Part shown: piece after piece, positions 37,387 through 47,308 of the stretch
Layout of the letters: each line of letters starts with the position of its first letter
How positions within the stretch are numbered: position 1 is the stretch's first letter
Source: Candidatus Bathyarchaeota archaeon
Lineage (GTDB): Archaea; Thermoproteota; Bathyarchaeia; 40CM-2-53-6
Length of the DNA: 64,000 bases
Assembly (NCBI GenBank): GCA_963833125.1
Contig: CAWHWX010000001.1
Span: 224,001-288,000, forward strand
Direction: 5' to 3'
Notes under the pieces: model-generated
What the model saw: the letters and a program-made list of their open reading frames with translations, nothing else
What the model was told of the DNA's origin: nothing
Database searches by the model: none
Translations under genes and position numbers: made by a program

Positions 37387-37923
37387 CTATTCTTCGCTTG
37401 CGACTTGAGTCCTTACGCAGATACACTCGTCTTGATACCGTCCGCAACTTGGACAACGCGGTCTACCCGTCAAGGCTTCTATCTTCTGATTCTTTACTAG
37501 GGTACGAATCTCGTCGGGAAGCTTCGGTTCGTAAAATACTCGAAGTACCCACCTTGTCAGATCCTTCTCCGTTACTATGCCAACCAACTTTCCATTTTCG
37601 ATTAAAGGAAGGCGCCTAACACCTAATCTCAGCATTGTCTCGAAGCTTTGCCATATCTCCATGTCTGGAGTACCGGTTTGTAGGGGTCGAGACATTAGAC
37701 TTCGAACCGGTAACCTAAGTAGGCTATCTCCTCTCAGGGCGGCTCGAGTTACATCGCGTTCAGTAATAATGCCAACAGGTTTCTGTTTGTCGGTTACCAC
37801 TACACTTCCGATGTCGAACTTGACCATAAGCCGAACTGCCTCCTCCACCCGTTCAGTAATATCTATCGTGACAATGTTAGTTGTCATGATCTCTGAAAGA
37901 AGCGCGCGTTCGGCACTTTTCAT
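37387..37923 (-). CDS. CBS-domain pair protein with C-terminal Cys cluster
   Basis: GIITERD and GIVTEKD repeats; C-terminal CPSCGRYQDECIC. Confidence 0.88.
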   Translation of the reverse strand: MKSAERALLSEIMTTNIVTIDITERVEEAVRLMVKFDIGSVVVTDKQKPVGIITERDVTRAALRGDSLLRLPVRSLMSRPLQTGTPDMEIWQSFETMLRLGVRRLPLIENGKLVGIVTEKDLTRWVLRVFYEPKLPDEIRTLVKNQKIEALTGRPRCPSCGRYQDECICVRTQVASEE

Positions 37924-38134
37924 GAAGGTCGACCATTTACTGGCCTCCGCCGTATAATAGACGGCTTAACAATTACCAACAATGAGAACAAAAGTAGGTG
38001 ACTGGGAGCTCTCCGTCATTCGATTGTCCTTGTTCTTTCGCCTGATTAGTGCGATATCTTCCCTGGATGGTAACAGTTATTTTTTAGATAACGTAGCGTG
38101 CTGGCATTGGTCCCGTAAGCATAAGTGGTCATGC

Positions 38135-39181
38135 ATGGGTTTTAGCCTGTACAAGTCTCTGGCTAGACCCTTACTTTTTCTTAGATCTCCCGAAGACGCG
38201 CATGCAATGGCTGCATGGTTCTTCAGACACCCTTGGATTGGGACCTTGTTCAGGTGGCGCTTCCGAGTTGATGATGAAAAGCTGCATGTCAGGGTTCGTA
38301 ATCTCGACCTGGCGAATCCAATCGGTCTTGCTGGAGGGTTTGACAAGAACTGCGAGATGTCAAGAGGGCTCTTCAACATTGGTTTCGGATACCTAACCTT
38401 AGGCACTGTCACGTTAAACCCTAGAGAAGGCAATACCAAACCCAGGATCTGGAGGTACCCGCCTGAGTCGTTGGTCAACTCGATGGGCTTTCCTAACGAG
38501 GGGGCACGACGGGTTGCTGAGGGTTTCCGAACAAGCGAGACTAGAGCGGGGGGTAAAATAATCGTTAGTATCTCAGGGCTTAGTTTGCCCGAAATCATTG
38601 AATGTTACCGTATAATGGAACCACTGGCCGATGGTCTTGAACTAAACATCTCTACACCAAACACTGCGGGCGTTAGAGTCTTTCAAGATCGCAGTGTCCT
38701 CACGGAACTTCTTGATGCGATTGCGACGGTGAGAATAGAGGGGAAACCCTTCTGGGTTAAGATTCCGCCATACTCTAATGAGATGGACCGAGAGAACGTT
38801 CTCGGTTTGGTAGAAGTATGCGTAGATAAATCTGTAGATGCGCTCACGGCAACGAACGCAAAACGTATCCCAGAGGTTAGGTCAAGCACAGGCACTGGTG
38901 GGCTGAGCGGCTCACTGGTCTATGAAGATACGCTAAGAATCATTGCGGACATCTACAAATACACTCAAGGAAAAATACCGATCAACGCCTGCGGCGGGAT
39001 ATCCTCAGGTTCGAAGGCGTGGCGAGCCTTTGAGGTGGGGGCTTCTACGGTTCAACTTTTCACGGCTCTGGTTTACGAAGGCCCCGGCGTTGTTTCAGAG
39101 ATAAACAAAAGCCTCAGTCAAAGGCTCGCAAACTCAGGTTTTAGTTCGTTGGCTGAGGTTACAGGAACCGGTCTACGCTGA
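38135..39181 (+). CDS. pyrD: Dihydroorotate dehydrogenase, class 2-like (quinone type)
   Basis: N-terminal RPLLF..PEDAH helix; motifs NPIGLAGGFDKN, NSMGFPNEG, NISTPNT, GGLSG and VQLFTALVYEGP. Confidence 0.9.
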   Translation: MGFSLYKSLARPLLFLRSPEDAHAMAAWFFRHPWIGTLFRWRFRVDDEKLHVRVRNLDLANPIGLAGGFDKNCEMSRGLFNIGFGYLTLGTVTLNPREGNTKPRIWRYPPESLVNSMGFPNEGARRVAEGFRTSETRAGGKIIVSISGLSLPEIIECYRIMEPLADGLELNISTPNTAGVRVFQDRSVLTELLDAIATVRIEGKPFWVKIPPYSNEMDRENVLGLVEVCVDKSVDALTATNAKRIPEVRSSTGTGGLSGSLVYEDTLRIIADIYKYTQGKIPINACGGISSGSKAWRAFEVGASTVQLFTALVYEGPGVVSEINKSLSQRLANSGFSSLAEVTGTGLR

Positions 39182-39194
39182 AACAAGGGTACAG

Positions 39195-39770
39195 TTAGGA
39201 TTTGAGGCGTTTTCCTGGCATCGTGATATCGTTCGCTTCAATGAGAGCAATCAACTGGATTCCGTTGCGTTCCAAGAGTTCTCGCGCACCCTTCTGAAGG
39301 TCTACAAGAGTTATCGCGGTAGTTACTTCGGCATTCGCGGAGCGAAGTGCCTTGGCAGCAGAGAGTACCGTGTGCCCACCGAACGTCGCATCTGCGATAA
39401 TTACCACTCTCTTTCCTGATCTCAAGAGGTTCTCTAGTTTTTCGTACGCGTAAATGGGCTGACCGTGGTGGATGAAAAGCGAACCCAGCTTGGCATGTAT
39501 TCCGACAACTGCGACGATGGGATCCGCCTCGACCGAGGGGCTCGCTATCTTGTCAACATGTAGTTTTGTGAGCTCGTTCAGTGTAAGGTTGATCACAAGC
39601 TCAAGCCCTGTTGGTTCAGTGAATATCATTGCCATGTCGATATAGTAGTCAGTTCGACCCCCCGAAGGACTTCTGAATTCTCCTTGGAAGATAGCCTTCT
39701 CCTCGATGAGTCTCGCGAGAGCGCTACGTAGGTTCTGGGCATTCGGTTTTTCTTGAGACATCGATAACAA
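39195..39770 (-). CDS. PyrE-like phosphoribosyltransferase paralog with degenerate PRPP loop
   Basis: GEFRSPSGGRTDYYID is present, but VVIIADATFGGHT replaces the VDD..TTG motif. Confidence 0.8.
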   Translation of the reverse strand: MLSMSQEKPNAQNLRSALARLIEEKAIFQGEFRSPSGGRTDYYIDMAMIFTEPTGLELVINLTLNELTKLHVDKIASPSVEADPIVAVVGIHAKLGSLFIHHGQPIYAYEKLENLLRSGKRVVIIADATFGGHTVLSAAKALRSANAEVTTAITLVDLQKGARELLERNGIQLIALIEANDITMPGKRLKS

Positions 39771-39777
39771 CTACTGG

Positions 39778-40437
39778 CTACGCCGGGAGCTTCGCGGAAG
39801 CTTTCACGTACTCCATTACTTCTTCATAAGTATTCGTAGGAATTGCCCCAAGTTCACGAAGGTATGCAAAGACATCAGTAATCTTAACGAGTGGGTGGAG
39901 TTCAAGTCCCTCTCGTTCAAGGTTTGCAGGCCCACCTTGTTCTCGATCAACGAGAACCACTGTATGTTTCACATTTCCCTTTCCGCGTAGGATCGCGGCT
40001 TCTTCGATTGTGCTGTGACCAGTCGTAACAAGATCATCGACAAGAAGGACGTTATCGTTAACGTTTACCACACCTTCTATGTTCTTACCGAGCCCGTGCT
40101 CCCTTAGTTCTTTCCTGACGTAAATCAGCGGAATCCGCATCTTTTGACTTACAACGGTTGCAACTGGTAGGCCGGCTGTTGGAACGCCTGCTATGCGGTC
40201 TATCTTCCAACCCGGTTGAATTTCGTTCTTTACGATTTCGACATACAAGTCGCCGATCCTATCAAGCAGGTCTGGGAAAGAGGGTGCCAACCTCAGATCT
40301 ATGTAGTATGGGCTTCTCGCGCCTGATGAAAGTTTGAAGTCGCCGAACTTGACCGCTCCCATTCGCATGAGAAGAATAGAAGCCTCCTTGCCGAGGATTG
40401 GTTTCTTCTGTTTCCAGATGATCTCTTCGGGGCCTAT
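39778..40437 (-). CDS. pyrE: Orotate phosphoribosyltransferase
   Basis: Motifs GDFKLSSGARSPYYIDLR, YVRKE..EHG, LVDDLVTTGHS and VDREQGG. The frame is open upstream to ATA 40437; the first ATG is at 40368. Confidence 0.93.
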   Translation of the reverse strand: MGPEEIIWKQKKPILGKEASILLMRMGAVKFGDFKLSSGARSPYYIDLRLAPSFPDLLDRIGDLYVEIVKNEIQPGWKIDRIAGVPTAGLPVATVVSQKMRIPLIYVRKELREHGLGKNIEGVVNVNDNVLLVDDLVTTGHSTIEEAAILRGKGNVKHTVVLVDREQGGPANLEREGLELHPLVKITDVFAYLRELGAIPTNTYEEVMEYVKASAKLPA

Positions 40438-40576
40438 TGGGAGAACCCTTACGCAGCTGACTTTGACGAATTATATAAGAATAGATCTTTGCTCGACAAC
40501 CATCAATCGATCAAAGTCTAGTTTACTTTTCCCAGGATCGTGACGTGGCAAGGGACCATGGCTGGAGGTTTTCAAG

Positions 40577-41506
40577 TCAACTTGACACGATCTGCTTCAA
40601 TAGTGCAGCCCTGACGTACAATCCATTCCTCGCTTGTTCGAAATATCTTGCGATCGGCAGTCCGTCAAGGTCTGCGTTGAGTTCGTCTACTCTCGGGAGA
40701 GGGTGCATGATGAACGGCAAGCGGTCATACTTACTCAAAGACGCCTTGTTGAGTTGATATGAGCCTTTGAGTCGCTCGTATTCTCCGCCCTCGGTGAATC
40801 TTTCCTTTTGAAGGCGAGTGACGTAGAGAAAATCGAGGTTTTGGATTACGTTCTCGTAGGTCTCAACTTTTTTCACTTGAATGTACTTCAGGGAAGCAAC
40901 TACCTCAGGTCTGATTTGGAGTTCTGAAGGCGCGATATAGAAGACCGTTACATTCCTGAACTTGTCTAAACCGTATGAGAGGCTGCTTGTCGTCCTGCTG
41001 TGAGCCAAGTCACCCATGAGGCCTACCGTGACTCCATCGATTTTTCCTCGGAGCTTTTGCATCGTGTAAAGGTCGAGCATCGCTTGGGTCGGATGTTCGT
41101 GGGAGCCGTCGCCGGCGTTGATTACTGGCGCGGAACAGATATCGGCTGCGATCTTGGCTGAACCCTCAACTTTCGACCTTACAACGATCACATCTGGCGA
41201 ATAGCCGTCAATCATTCGCATACTGTCTTCGAAGGTTTCGCCCTTTGCGGTAGACGTTGCCTCAACGGGTCCGAAGTCTATGACTTCCCCTCCTATCTTG
41301 GTCATTGCAAACTGAAAACTGAGCCTGGTTCGAGTCGAAGGTTCCATAAAGACAGTGGCCAAAATGCGTCCCGCGCGCATGGGGAGGACACTTTTCTTGT
41401 CCAATTTCTTTCTTAGCGCATCAGTCTCGCGGAATAGATTCTCGTAGAAGGTTCGTGGAAGAGATAGAGTAGACAGGACGTCTCTGTTCGTGGAATTGCT
41501 GCGCAT
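40577..41506 (-). CDS. pyrB: Aspartate carbamoyltransferase catalytic subunit
   Basis: Motifs EPSTRTRLSF, KGET, NAGDG.HEHPTQ, TRLQKERF and HPLPRVDE. Confidence 0.96.
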   Translation of the reverse strand: MRSNSTNRDVLSTLSLPRTFYENLFRETDALRKKLDKKSVLPMRAGRILATVFMEPSTRTRLSFQFAMTKIGGEVIDFGPVEATSTAKGETFEDSMRMIDGYSPDVIVVRSKVEGSAKIAADICSAPVINAGDGSHEHPTQAMLDLYTMQKLRGKIDGVTVGLMGDLAHSRTTSSLSYGLDKFRNVTVFYIAPSELQIRPEVVASLKYIQVKKVETYENVIQNLDFLYVTRLQKERFTEGGEYERLKGSYQLNKASLSKYDRLPFIMHPLPRVDELNADLDGLPIARYFEQARNGLYVRAALLKQIVSS

Positions 41507-41691
41507 TGCACGTCACACAGAAAACTCTCGCAAGCGGATTTATATGATGTGCCTCGTTCCCTTCGATGGCGTGATAAGGTCCTTTCTCAAAATTCATCCT
41601 CAGCCGAAACGCAATTACGTGCCGCCCACAAAGGCCGAACGGACAAGTTTACCGACTATGAGAAATACGTGACTGTCTCAAGGGTGATGAC

Positions 41692-43042
41692 ATGAAAGGC
41701 TCCAACCTAACGGTGAAGGACGGCACAATTGTTACTCCTGATGTTGTCTTCAAGGGAGACATAAGAATCGTAGATGGGAAGATCGTGGAGATCGGAAAAC
41801 GCCTTGCGTCACAAGGCGAGAAAGTAGTTGATGCGTCAGGTCTTTTCGTTCTCCCGGGCGCTATAGACTCGCATGTCCACATGAGAGAGCCTGGTCTGAC
41901 TGAGTTCGAGGACTTTCAGACTGGGACGGCGGCTGCAGCTGCTGGAGGCGTCACCACAATTCTCGAAATGCCCAATACAATACCCCCAGTGGACACGGCA
42001 TCAAAACTCAGAGAGAAGAGAGATCAGGTTTCGAGAAAAGCTGCTGTGGATTTCGGATTGTACGGCGTGCTCCATGACAGCAACTTGGGAGCAGTCGAAG
42101 AATTGATCGAGTCGGGCGCTGTTGGGTTGAAGGCGTTCTTGGGACCGACTACGGGCAATATCCCGCCGCCGTCTGATGCAACTATCTACGAGGCGCTGCT
42201 CCTCTCCAAGAAGATGGGTTTTCCAATAGCGTTCCATGCTGAGAATGCGGCAATGATCACATATTACACGGAACTGATCAAGAAAACAGGTCGAACAGAT
42301 CCTAGGGTACATTGTGATTCGAGGCCAGTTATCTGTGAAACCGAACCAATTAACAGACTTGCTTTCTTAACTCTCAAAAGCGGCGGACACGGACATATAG
42401 TCCACATGAGCACTGGCGAAGGAGCCAAGATTGTATCTAGCTACAAGAAGCTCGGGGCGCCAATAACCTGCGAAACAGACCCGCAATATCTCTCGATGAC
42501 AGAAGAGGACCAGGAGAAGTATGGATCTTTAGCCAAGATCAACCCCCCTCTTAGAACTCCAAAGGACCAAGCTACTTTGTGGGATGCGATAGCTTCGGGC
42601 ATAATTGATACGTTGGGCTCCGATCACGCTCCACACTCTGCTGAACTCAAGAAAAGCCCAAACATTTGGAACGCACCTTCCGGGTTCATTGGCGTTGAAA
42701 CACTCGTTCCAGTGATGTTGGACTTTGTCGCGAATGGGAAAACTACGCTAGAGAAGATTGCGCTTCTGTTGAGCCAGAACCCAGCGATGCTCTACAAACT
42801 GTGGCCCCGTAAAGGCAGAATCGGTTTGAATGCCGATGGGGATTTGACGATAGTCGAGGTTGGGGAAGGAACATGTGATCAAAGCTGAGAATATGCATAG
42901 CAAACAGCGAGTCACGCCTTTCGACGGGCGCGTCATCAAAGCAGCAGTAAAGTACACCGTTGTAAGAGGAAATTTAGTTTACGACGGCGAAGTTGGCCCT
43001 CCCGCTGGAGATTGGATAAACCCAATGTCAATACAGCAGTGA
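41692..43042 (+). CDS. pyrC: Dihydroorotase (frameshift near 42863)
   Basis: HVHMREPG, MPNT, KINPPLR and SDHAPH retain the DHOase substrate-binding Arg, Asn and His. The C-terminus (HSK..TPFDG...TVVRG) is in ORF 42860..43042. Divergent from pyrB. Confidence 0.8.
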
Positions 43043-43124
43043 CCATGGGGAAGCACATTCAAGTATATGACTAAGGACACGACAATAATTCATCTAGAGC
43101 CCGGGCAATAAGGAGCAGCAACTT

Positions 43125-45494
43125 TTGCACACTATCGGCAAGGTAACGCGGAGGAAGGATGGGATAGCAAAGGTTACTGGTCGAGAATTGTTTGCGTCGG
43201 ATATTTGGCTGCCTGAAATGCTATGCGCAGCCGTACTAAAGAGCCCGTACCCTCACGCCAAGATCACGAACATAGATGTCAGTAAAGCGGAGAAGCTCGG
43301 GGCTGTGTGTCTCACCTACAAGGACACTCCTACCGTGAGATATTGTCCTCGTCTAGTGAGCACGCCTGAAGCCACCTACAAAGACTGGACACTGCTGACT
43401 GACACTCCGCGGTTCGTAGGCGAACCAATAGCAGTGGTCGCCGCAGAAACCGACCACGACGCGTTAGAAGCCCTCAGGGCAATACGAGTCGAGTATGAGC
43501 CACTCGAAACGTCTTTCGACGCCGAAGAATCCATGAAACCCGGTAAATCTCTAATCCATGAGACGGTGGTACTACACGATAAGGTTCTGCAGGTTCAACA
43601 AAACGTCGGTTGCACCCTCAATGTTTCTGAAGGAGATGTTGAGCGTGGCTTCCGTGAAGCGGACCAGATCATAGAACGAGAGTACCGAAGCAACAGGCGT
43701 TATCATTTTCAACTGGAAACAAAGGCCGCTATCTGCAGGCCCGAACCGGACGGTGGAGTGACGGTCTGGACGACTACCCAAACAATCCACAATACTCGCA
43801 TATTGATCAGTGAAGTGTTCAAGATTCCGCTCAGTAAGGTCAATGTGAAGAAGACGGCCCTTGGGGGAAGTTTTGGCTCTAGTATTCAAACGAACCCTGC
43901 TACCATGATTGCCGTAGCCTTAGCACTAAAGGCGAGGCGTCCGGTTCGTGTAATTTACACCAGAGAAGAGGATCTGCACGACCATTGTTCCTACCAAATG
44001 ATTTTCAGATTGAAACTTGGAGCGACGAAGGAAGGAAAACTTACAGCGGGCACACTTGAAGCGATACTTGACATTGGCGCACATCAGGTTCAGGCTTTCC
44101 CACTGTTAGGGTGTGTGGTGGGTTGGTGGGTTTCCCTCTACAAGCTTCCAAACTTGAAGTATGAGGGCAAGGCAGTTTACACGAATAAGGTTCCGTCATG
44201 TGCCCTGCGTGGCTACGGAAACCCGCAGACATGTTGGGCCGTGGAGTCGATTATGGACGAGTTCGCCGAGCAACTAGGAATCGACCCGCTCCAATTCAAA
44301 CTGAAAAACTACGTGGGTAAGGGTGACGTCTTCTGGGGACAGGGACCAACTGTCAAATCAATAATCCAAAGCTGCGGCGTCGAAGAAATTCTCACTCGTG
44401 GAGCGCCACTAATCAAATGGGACACACGGCCTAAACCCGGCGAGCAAACGGGAAGACTTCGAAGAGGAATTGGGCTTGGGCGAGGATTCCACACTTCGAG
44501 CGCAGGCGCCCCTGTGCCCAGCCATGTCGTAGATTACGGCGGCGCGATCGTGAAGATAAACGAAGACGGAACCGTAGATTACATCACCGCCATGATGGAC
44601 CATGGCGGAGGATCGCTTGAAGCCCAGGCGAAGATAGTGGCAGAGGAGTTAGGAGTTCCACTTGATAATGTCAACATAGTGCTGGGGGATACTCAGACGA
44701 CGGTTTACGATGTGTGTACCCACGCTTCAAGAGGAGTCTACGCGGGCGGAGGTGCAGCATGGAAGGTTGCAAAAGAGGCTAAGGAAAAACTATTCGAGTT
44801 CGCCTCACGAATCATTGGCGTGTATCCCTCAGGTCTGAAAATAAGACCGGATGAAAAGCTCGGTCAAGGAATAATCTATGCTGAAGGAATGCCTGACAAA
44901 AATATAACCATCAAAGAGGTCGTCGCGACTGCTCGCAATAAGAATTGGGGAACCGTATATGCGGAAGCCAGCCTGCGAATGACAGCCTGTCCACCGCACT
45001 TCACAGGATACTTCGTTGAGGTGGAAGTTGATACTGAAACCGGAATCGTGAAACCGATCAAGGTTGTCGCAGGCGCCGACATTGGAACAGTCATTAACCC
45101 TGACCTCGCGGAAGGTCAAATCCATGGTGGCTTCGCGATGGGTTGGATGATGGTGCAAGAAGACCTTCCTTACGACCCAAAGAACGGCGATATGCTCAAC
45201 AAAGGTTTCATAACGGACTACAAGATCGCATCAGCAGACGACCTACCACCGCCCGATGATATGCATATCTTCTTTGTCGACACATACGAACCCACTGGGC
45301 CATTCGGTGCCAAAGGAATTGGAGAAGGCGCCCTAAACCCCGTAGCAGGCGCCATAGCTAACGCAATCTACAACGCTATTGGCATCAGGTTCTACCAACT
45401 TCCGATAACAGCAGATAAGATACTTGCAGCACTAAGGAGAAAGGAGAATGTACACCAACCAGATCAATACGAGAATCCTATACCCGTCGTTTGA
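43125..45494 (+). CDS. Xanthine dehydrogenase family molybdopterin-binding large subunit (enzyme 1)
   Basis: Motifs KVTG, SPYPHAKI, GGSFG, RGYGNPQ, THASRG, EGQIHGG and GPFGAKGIGE. Confidence 0.94.
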   Translation: MHTIGKVTRRKDGIAKVTGRELFASDIWLPEMLCAAVLKSPYPHAKITNIDVSKAEKLGAVCLTYKDTPTVRYCPRLVSTPEATYKDWTLLTDTPRFVGEPIAVVAAETDHDALEALRAIRVEYEPLETSFDAEESMKPGKSLIHETVVLHDKVLQVQQNVGCTLNVSEGDVERGFREADQIIEREYRSNRRYHFQLETKAAICRPEPDGGVTVWTTTQTIHNTRILISEVFKIPLSKVNVKKTALGGSFGSSIQTNPATMIAVALALKARRPVRVIYTREEDLHDHCSYQMIFRLKLGATKEGKLTAGTLEAILDIGAHQVQAFPLLGCVVGWWVSLYKLPNLKYEGKAVYTNKVPSCALRGYGNPQTCWAVESIMDEFAEQLGIDPLQFKLKNYVGKGDVFWGQGPTVKSIIQSCGVEEILTRGAPLIKWDTRPKPGEQTGRLRRGIGLGRGFHTSSAGAPVPSHVVDYGGAIVKINEDGTVDYITAMMDHGGGSLEAQAKIVAEELGVPLDNVNIVLGDTQTTVYDVCTHASRGVYAGGGAAWKVAKEAKEKLFEFASRIIGVYPSGLKIRPDEKLGQGIIYAEGMPDKNITIKEVVATARNKNWGTVYAEASLRMTACPPHFTGYFVEVEVDTETGIVKPIKVVAGADIGTVINPDLAEGQIHGGFAMGWMMVQEDLPYDPKNGDMLNKGFITDYKIASADDLPPPDDMHIFFVDTYEPTGPFGAKGIGEGALNPVAGAIANAIYNAIGIRFYQLPITADKILAALRRKENVHQPDQYENPIPVV

Positions 45495-46335
45495 ATACTT
45501 CGTACCGAGCACACCAGAAGAAACTGCCGCCCTCCTTGCTAAGTACAAGGATGCGACTATTCTTGCTGGCGGCACAGATCTATTCATCAAAATGAAACAA
45601 GGACTCATCGAGCCCAAGGTTATCATCAGAGTTAAGCAGCCAAGTTTCATCGAGGAAAGGCCGGATGGCTTTCATATCGGCGCCGCAACCAAACTAAGAA
45701 CCATAGAAAAATCTCAGGTCATGACCGAAAGATTCCGCGCTCTATTCGAAGCCATTAGACTAGTCGGCTCTGTTCAGATAAGGTACATGGCAACACTGGG
45801 CGGAAACCTCTGCAACGCCAGTCCCGCAGCAGATACTGCCCCTCCGCTCTTAGTAATGGGAGCTGAGGTGAAGATGCTCAGTGCGAATGGGGCAAGAACA
45901 GTTGCTTTGAAGGAATTCTTCCTCGGTCCAGGAAAGACCATGCTATCTAAGTCCGAGATGCTCACTGAGATTCATATACCGAGCCCACGAGCTCACACCG
46001 GAACATCATTTATCCGGCTTTCAAGAGCGAGCATGGACATTGCAAAGATCAGCATCGCCGTAATGCTTCAACTCGATACTAACAAGCGAATCTCTGATGC
46101 CAAAATCGCACTCGGATCAGTTGCTCCAACCCCGATCATGGCAAATGAGTCAGCCGATCTCCTGACGGGCAACCGGCTAACGCGGGAGACATTGAATCGA
46201 GTGTCTCATAGCGTAGCTGATGAAATTCGACCGATAACAGACATCCGTGGAACGGCTGAATATAGGAAGGATGTCTCTCATGTGATCACGCGTGATGCTA
46301 TAGAGGTGGCATACAGGAGGGCAGAGGTTAGTTGA
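45448..46335 (+). CDS. Xanthine dehydrogenase family FAD-binding subunit (enzyme 1)
   Basis: Motifs LAGGTDL, ATLGGNLCNASPAAD, GSVAPTP and DIRGTAEYR. Confidence 0.94.
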   Translation: MYTNQINTRILYPSFEYFVPSTPEETAALLAKYKDATILAGGTDLFIKMKQGLIEPKVIIRVKQPSFIEERPDGFHIGAATKLRTIEKSQVMTERFRALFEAIRLVGSVQIRYMATLGGNLCNASPAADTAPPLLVMGAEVKMLSANGARTVALKEFFLGPGKTMLSKSEMLTEIHIPSPRAHTGTSFIRLSRASMDIAKISIAVMLQLDTNKRISDAKIALGSVAPTPIMANESADLLTGNRLTRETLNRVSHSVADEIRPITDIRGTAEYRKDVSHVITRDAIEVAYRRAEVS

Positions 46336-46814
46336 CGTCTAAAAAGAGCATAAAATTTGTGATAAACGGGACGCCGAGGAAACTCGATGTCGAACCGAAC
46401 GAGTTGCTCATGAATTGTATTAGAGACAACCTACACCTGACTGGAACCAAATACGTCTGCGGGATTGGAGAATGTGGGGCCTGCACTGTCTTGTTGGATG
46501 GCGAACCAGTACTATCGTGCTTAACGTTGGCCTTGGACGTAGACGGCAAGGATGTACTTACGATTGAAGGTATTTCCAAGAACGGTGAGCTTGATAGCGT
46601 CCAGCAGGCTTTCGTCGATGAAGGAGCCGTTCAATGTGGTTACTGCATTCCTGGTCTAATAATGACGACAGAAAGTTTACTCAAGGAAAATCCAGCGCCG
46701 ACAGAGAACGACGTTAGGGAATATCTTAGAGGAAATCTATGCAGGTGTACCGGCTACATGAACATTATCAAAGCCATAAGCAAAGCAGCAAGCGAACAGA
46801 AAAGAACCGCATGA
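46332..46814 (+). CDS. Xanthine dehydrogenase family [2Fe-2S] subunit (enzyme 1)
   Basis: Motifs CGIGECGAC, QCGYC and NLCRCTGY. Confidence 0.95.
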   Translation: MTSKKSIKFVINGTPRKLDVEPNELLMNCIRDNLHLTGTKYVCGIGECGACTVLLDGEPVLSCLTLALDVDGKDVLTIEGISKNGELDSVQQAFVDEGAVQCGYCIPGLIMTTESLLKENPAPTENDVREYLRGNLCRCTGYMNIIKAISKAASEQKRTA

Positions 46815-46824
46815 TCTGCGTGAA

Positions 46825-47298
46825 TTATTTTCTAGTTTTGGCAGCAGCAGATTTGATTGCGTCGATCTGATGCAGGTAGCCGGTGCAGCGGCAGAGATTT
46901 CCTGAGATGTAATTTCTAATTTCTTCGTTGGTCGGGTCCGGGTTTTCTTCAATAAGTGATTTGGCGGACATGATTAGGCCTGGGATGCAGTATCCGCATT
47001 GAACCGCATCCATATCTATGAAAGTCTGTTGCACCGGATGAAGTTTTTCTGCTGTTCCTATTCCTTCGATCGTTGTGATTTCTTTTCTGGCTATCTGTGG
47101 TGCGAGAACCAAGCAGGCGTTGACCGCGCGCCCGTTCAACTGAATCGTGCAGGCTCCGCAGTCTCCGCGGTCGCAGCCTCTCTTCGTTCCAGTTAGCTTA
47201 AGTTCATTATGTAGCAGGTCGAGTAGCGTCGCGTTCGGTTTCACCAGCGCCCTAGTAGGCTTCCCGTTCAAAACGAATTCAATGTCTACAAGTTTCAT
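46825..47298 (-). CDS. Xanthine dehydrogenase family [2Fe-2S] subunit (enzyme 2)
   Basis: Motifs GCDRGDCGAC, QCGYC and NLCRCTGY. Confidence 0.95.
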   Translation of the reverse strand: MKLVDIEFVLNGKPTRALVKPNATLLDLLHNELKLTGTKRGCDRGDCGACTIQLNGRAVNACLVLAPQIARKEITTIEGIGTAEKLHPVQQTFIDMDAVQCGYCIPGLIMSAKSLIEENPDPTNEEIRNYISGNLCRCTGYLHQIDAIKSAAAKTRK

Positions 47299-47308
47299 AC
47301 TTTCAACC

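Noticed and set aside
40577-41506. Carbamoyltransferase as a YgeW-like catabolic enzyme of a purine-degradation locus
   Set aside because: It carries ATCase-specific motifs (KGET, RLQKERF, HPLPR) and sits with pyrE, pyrD and pyrC.
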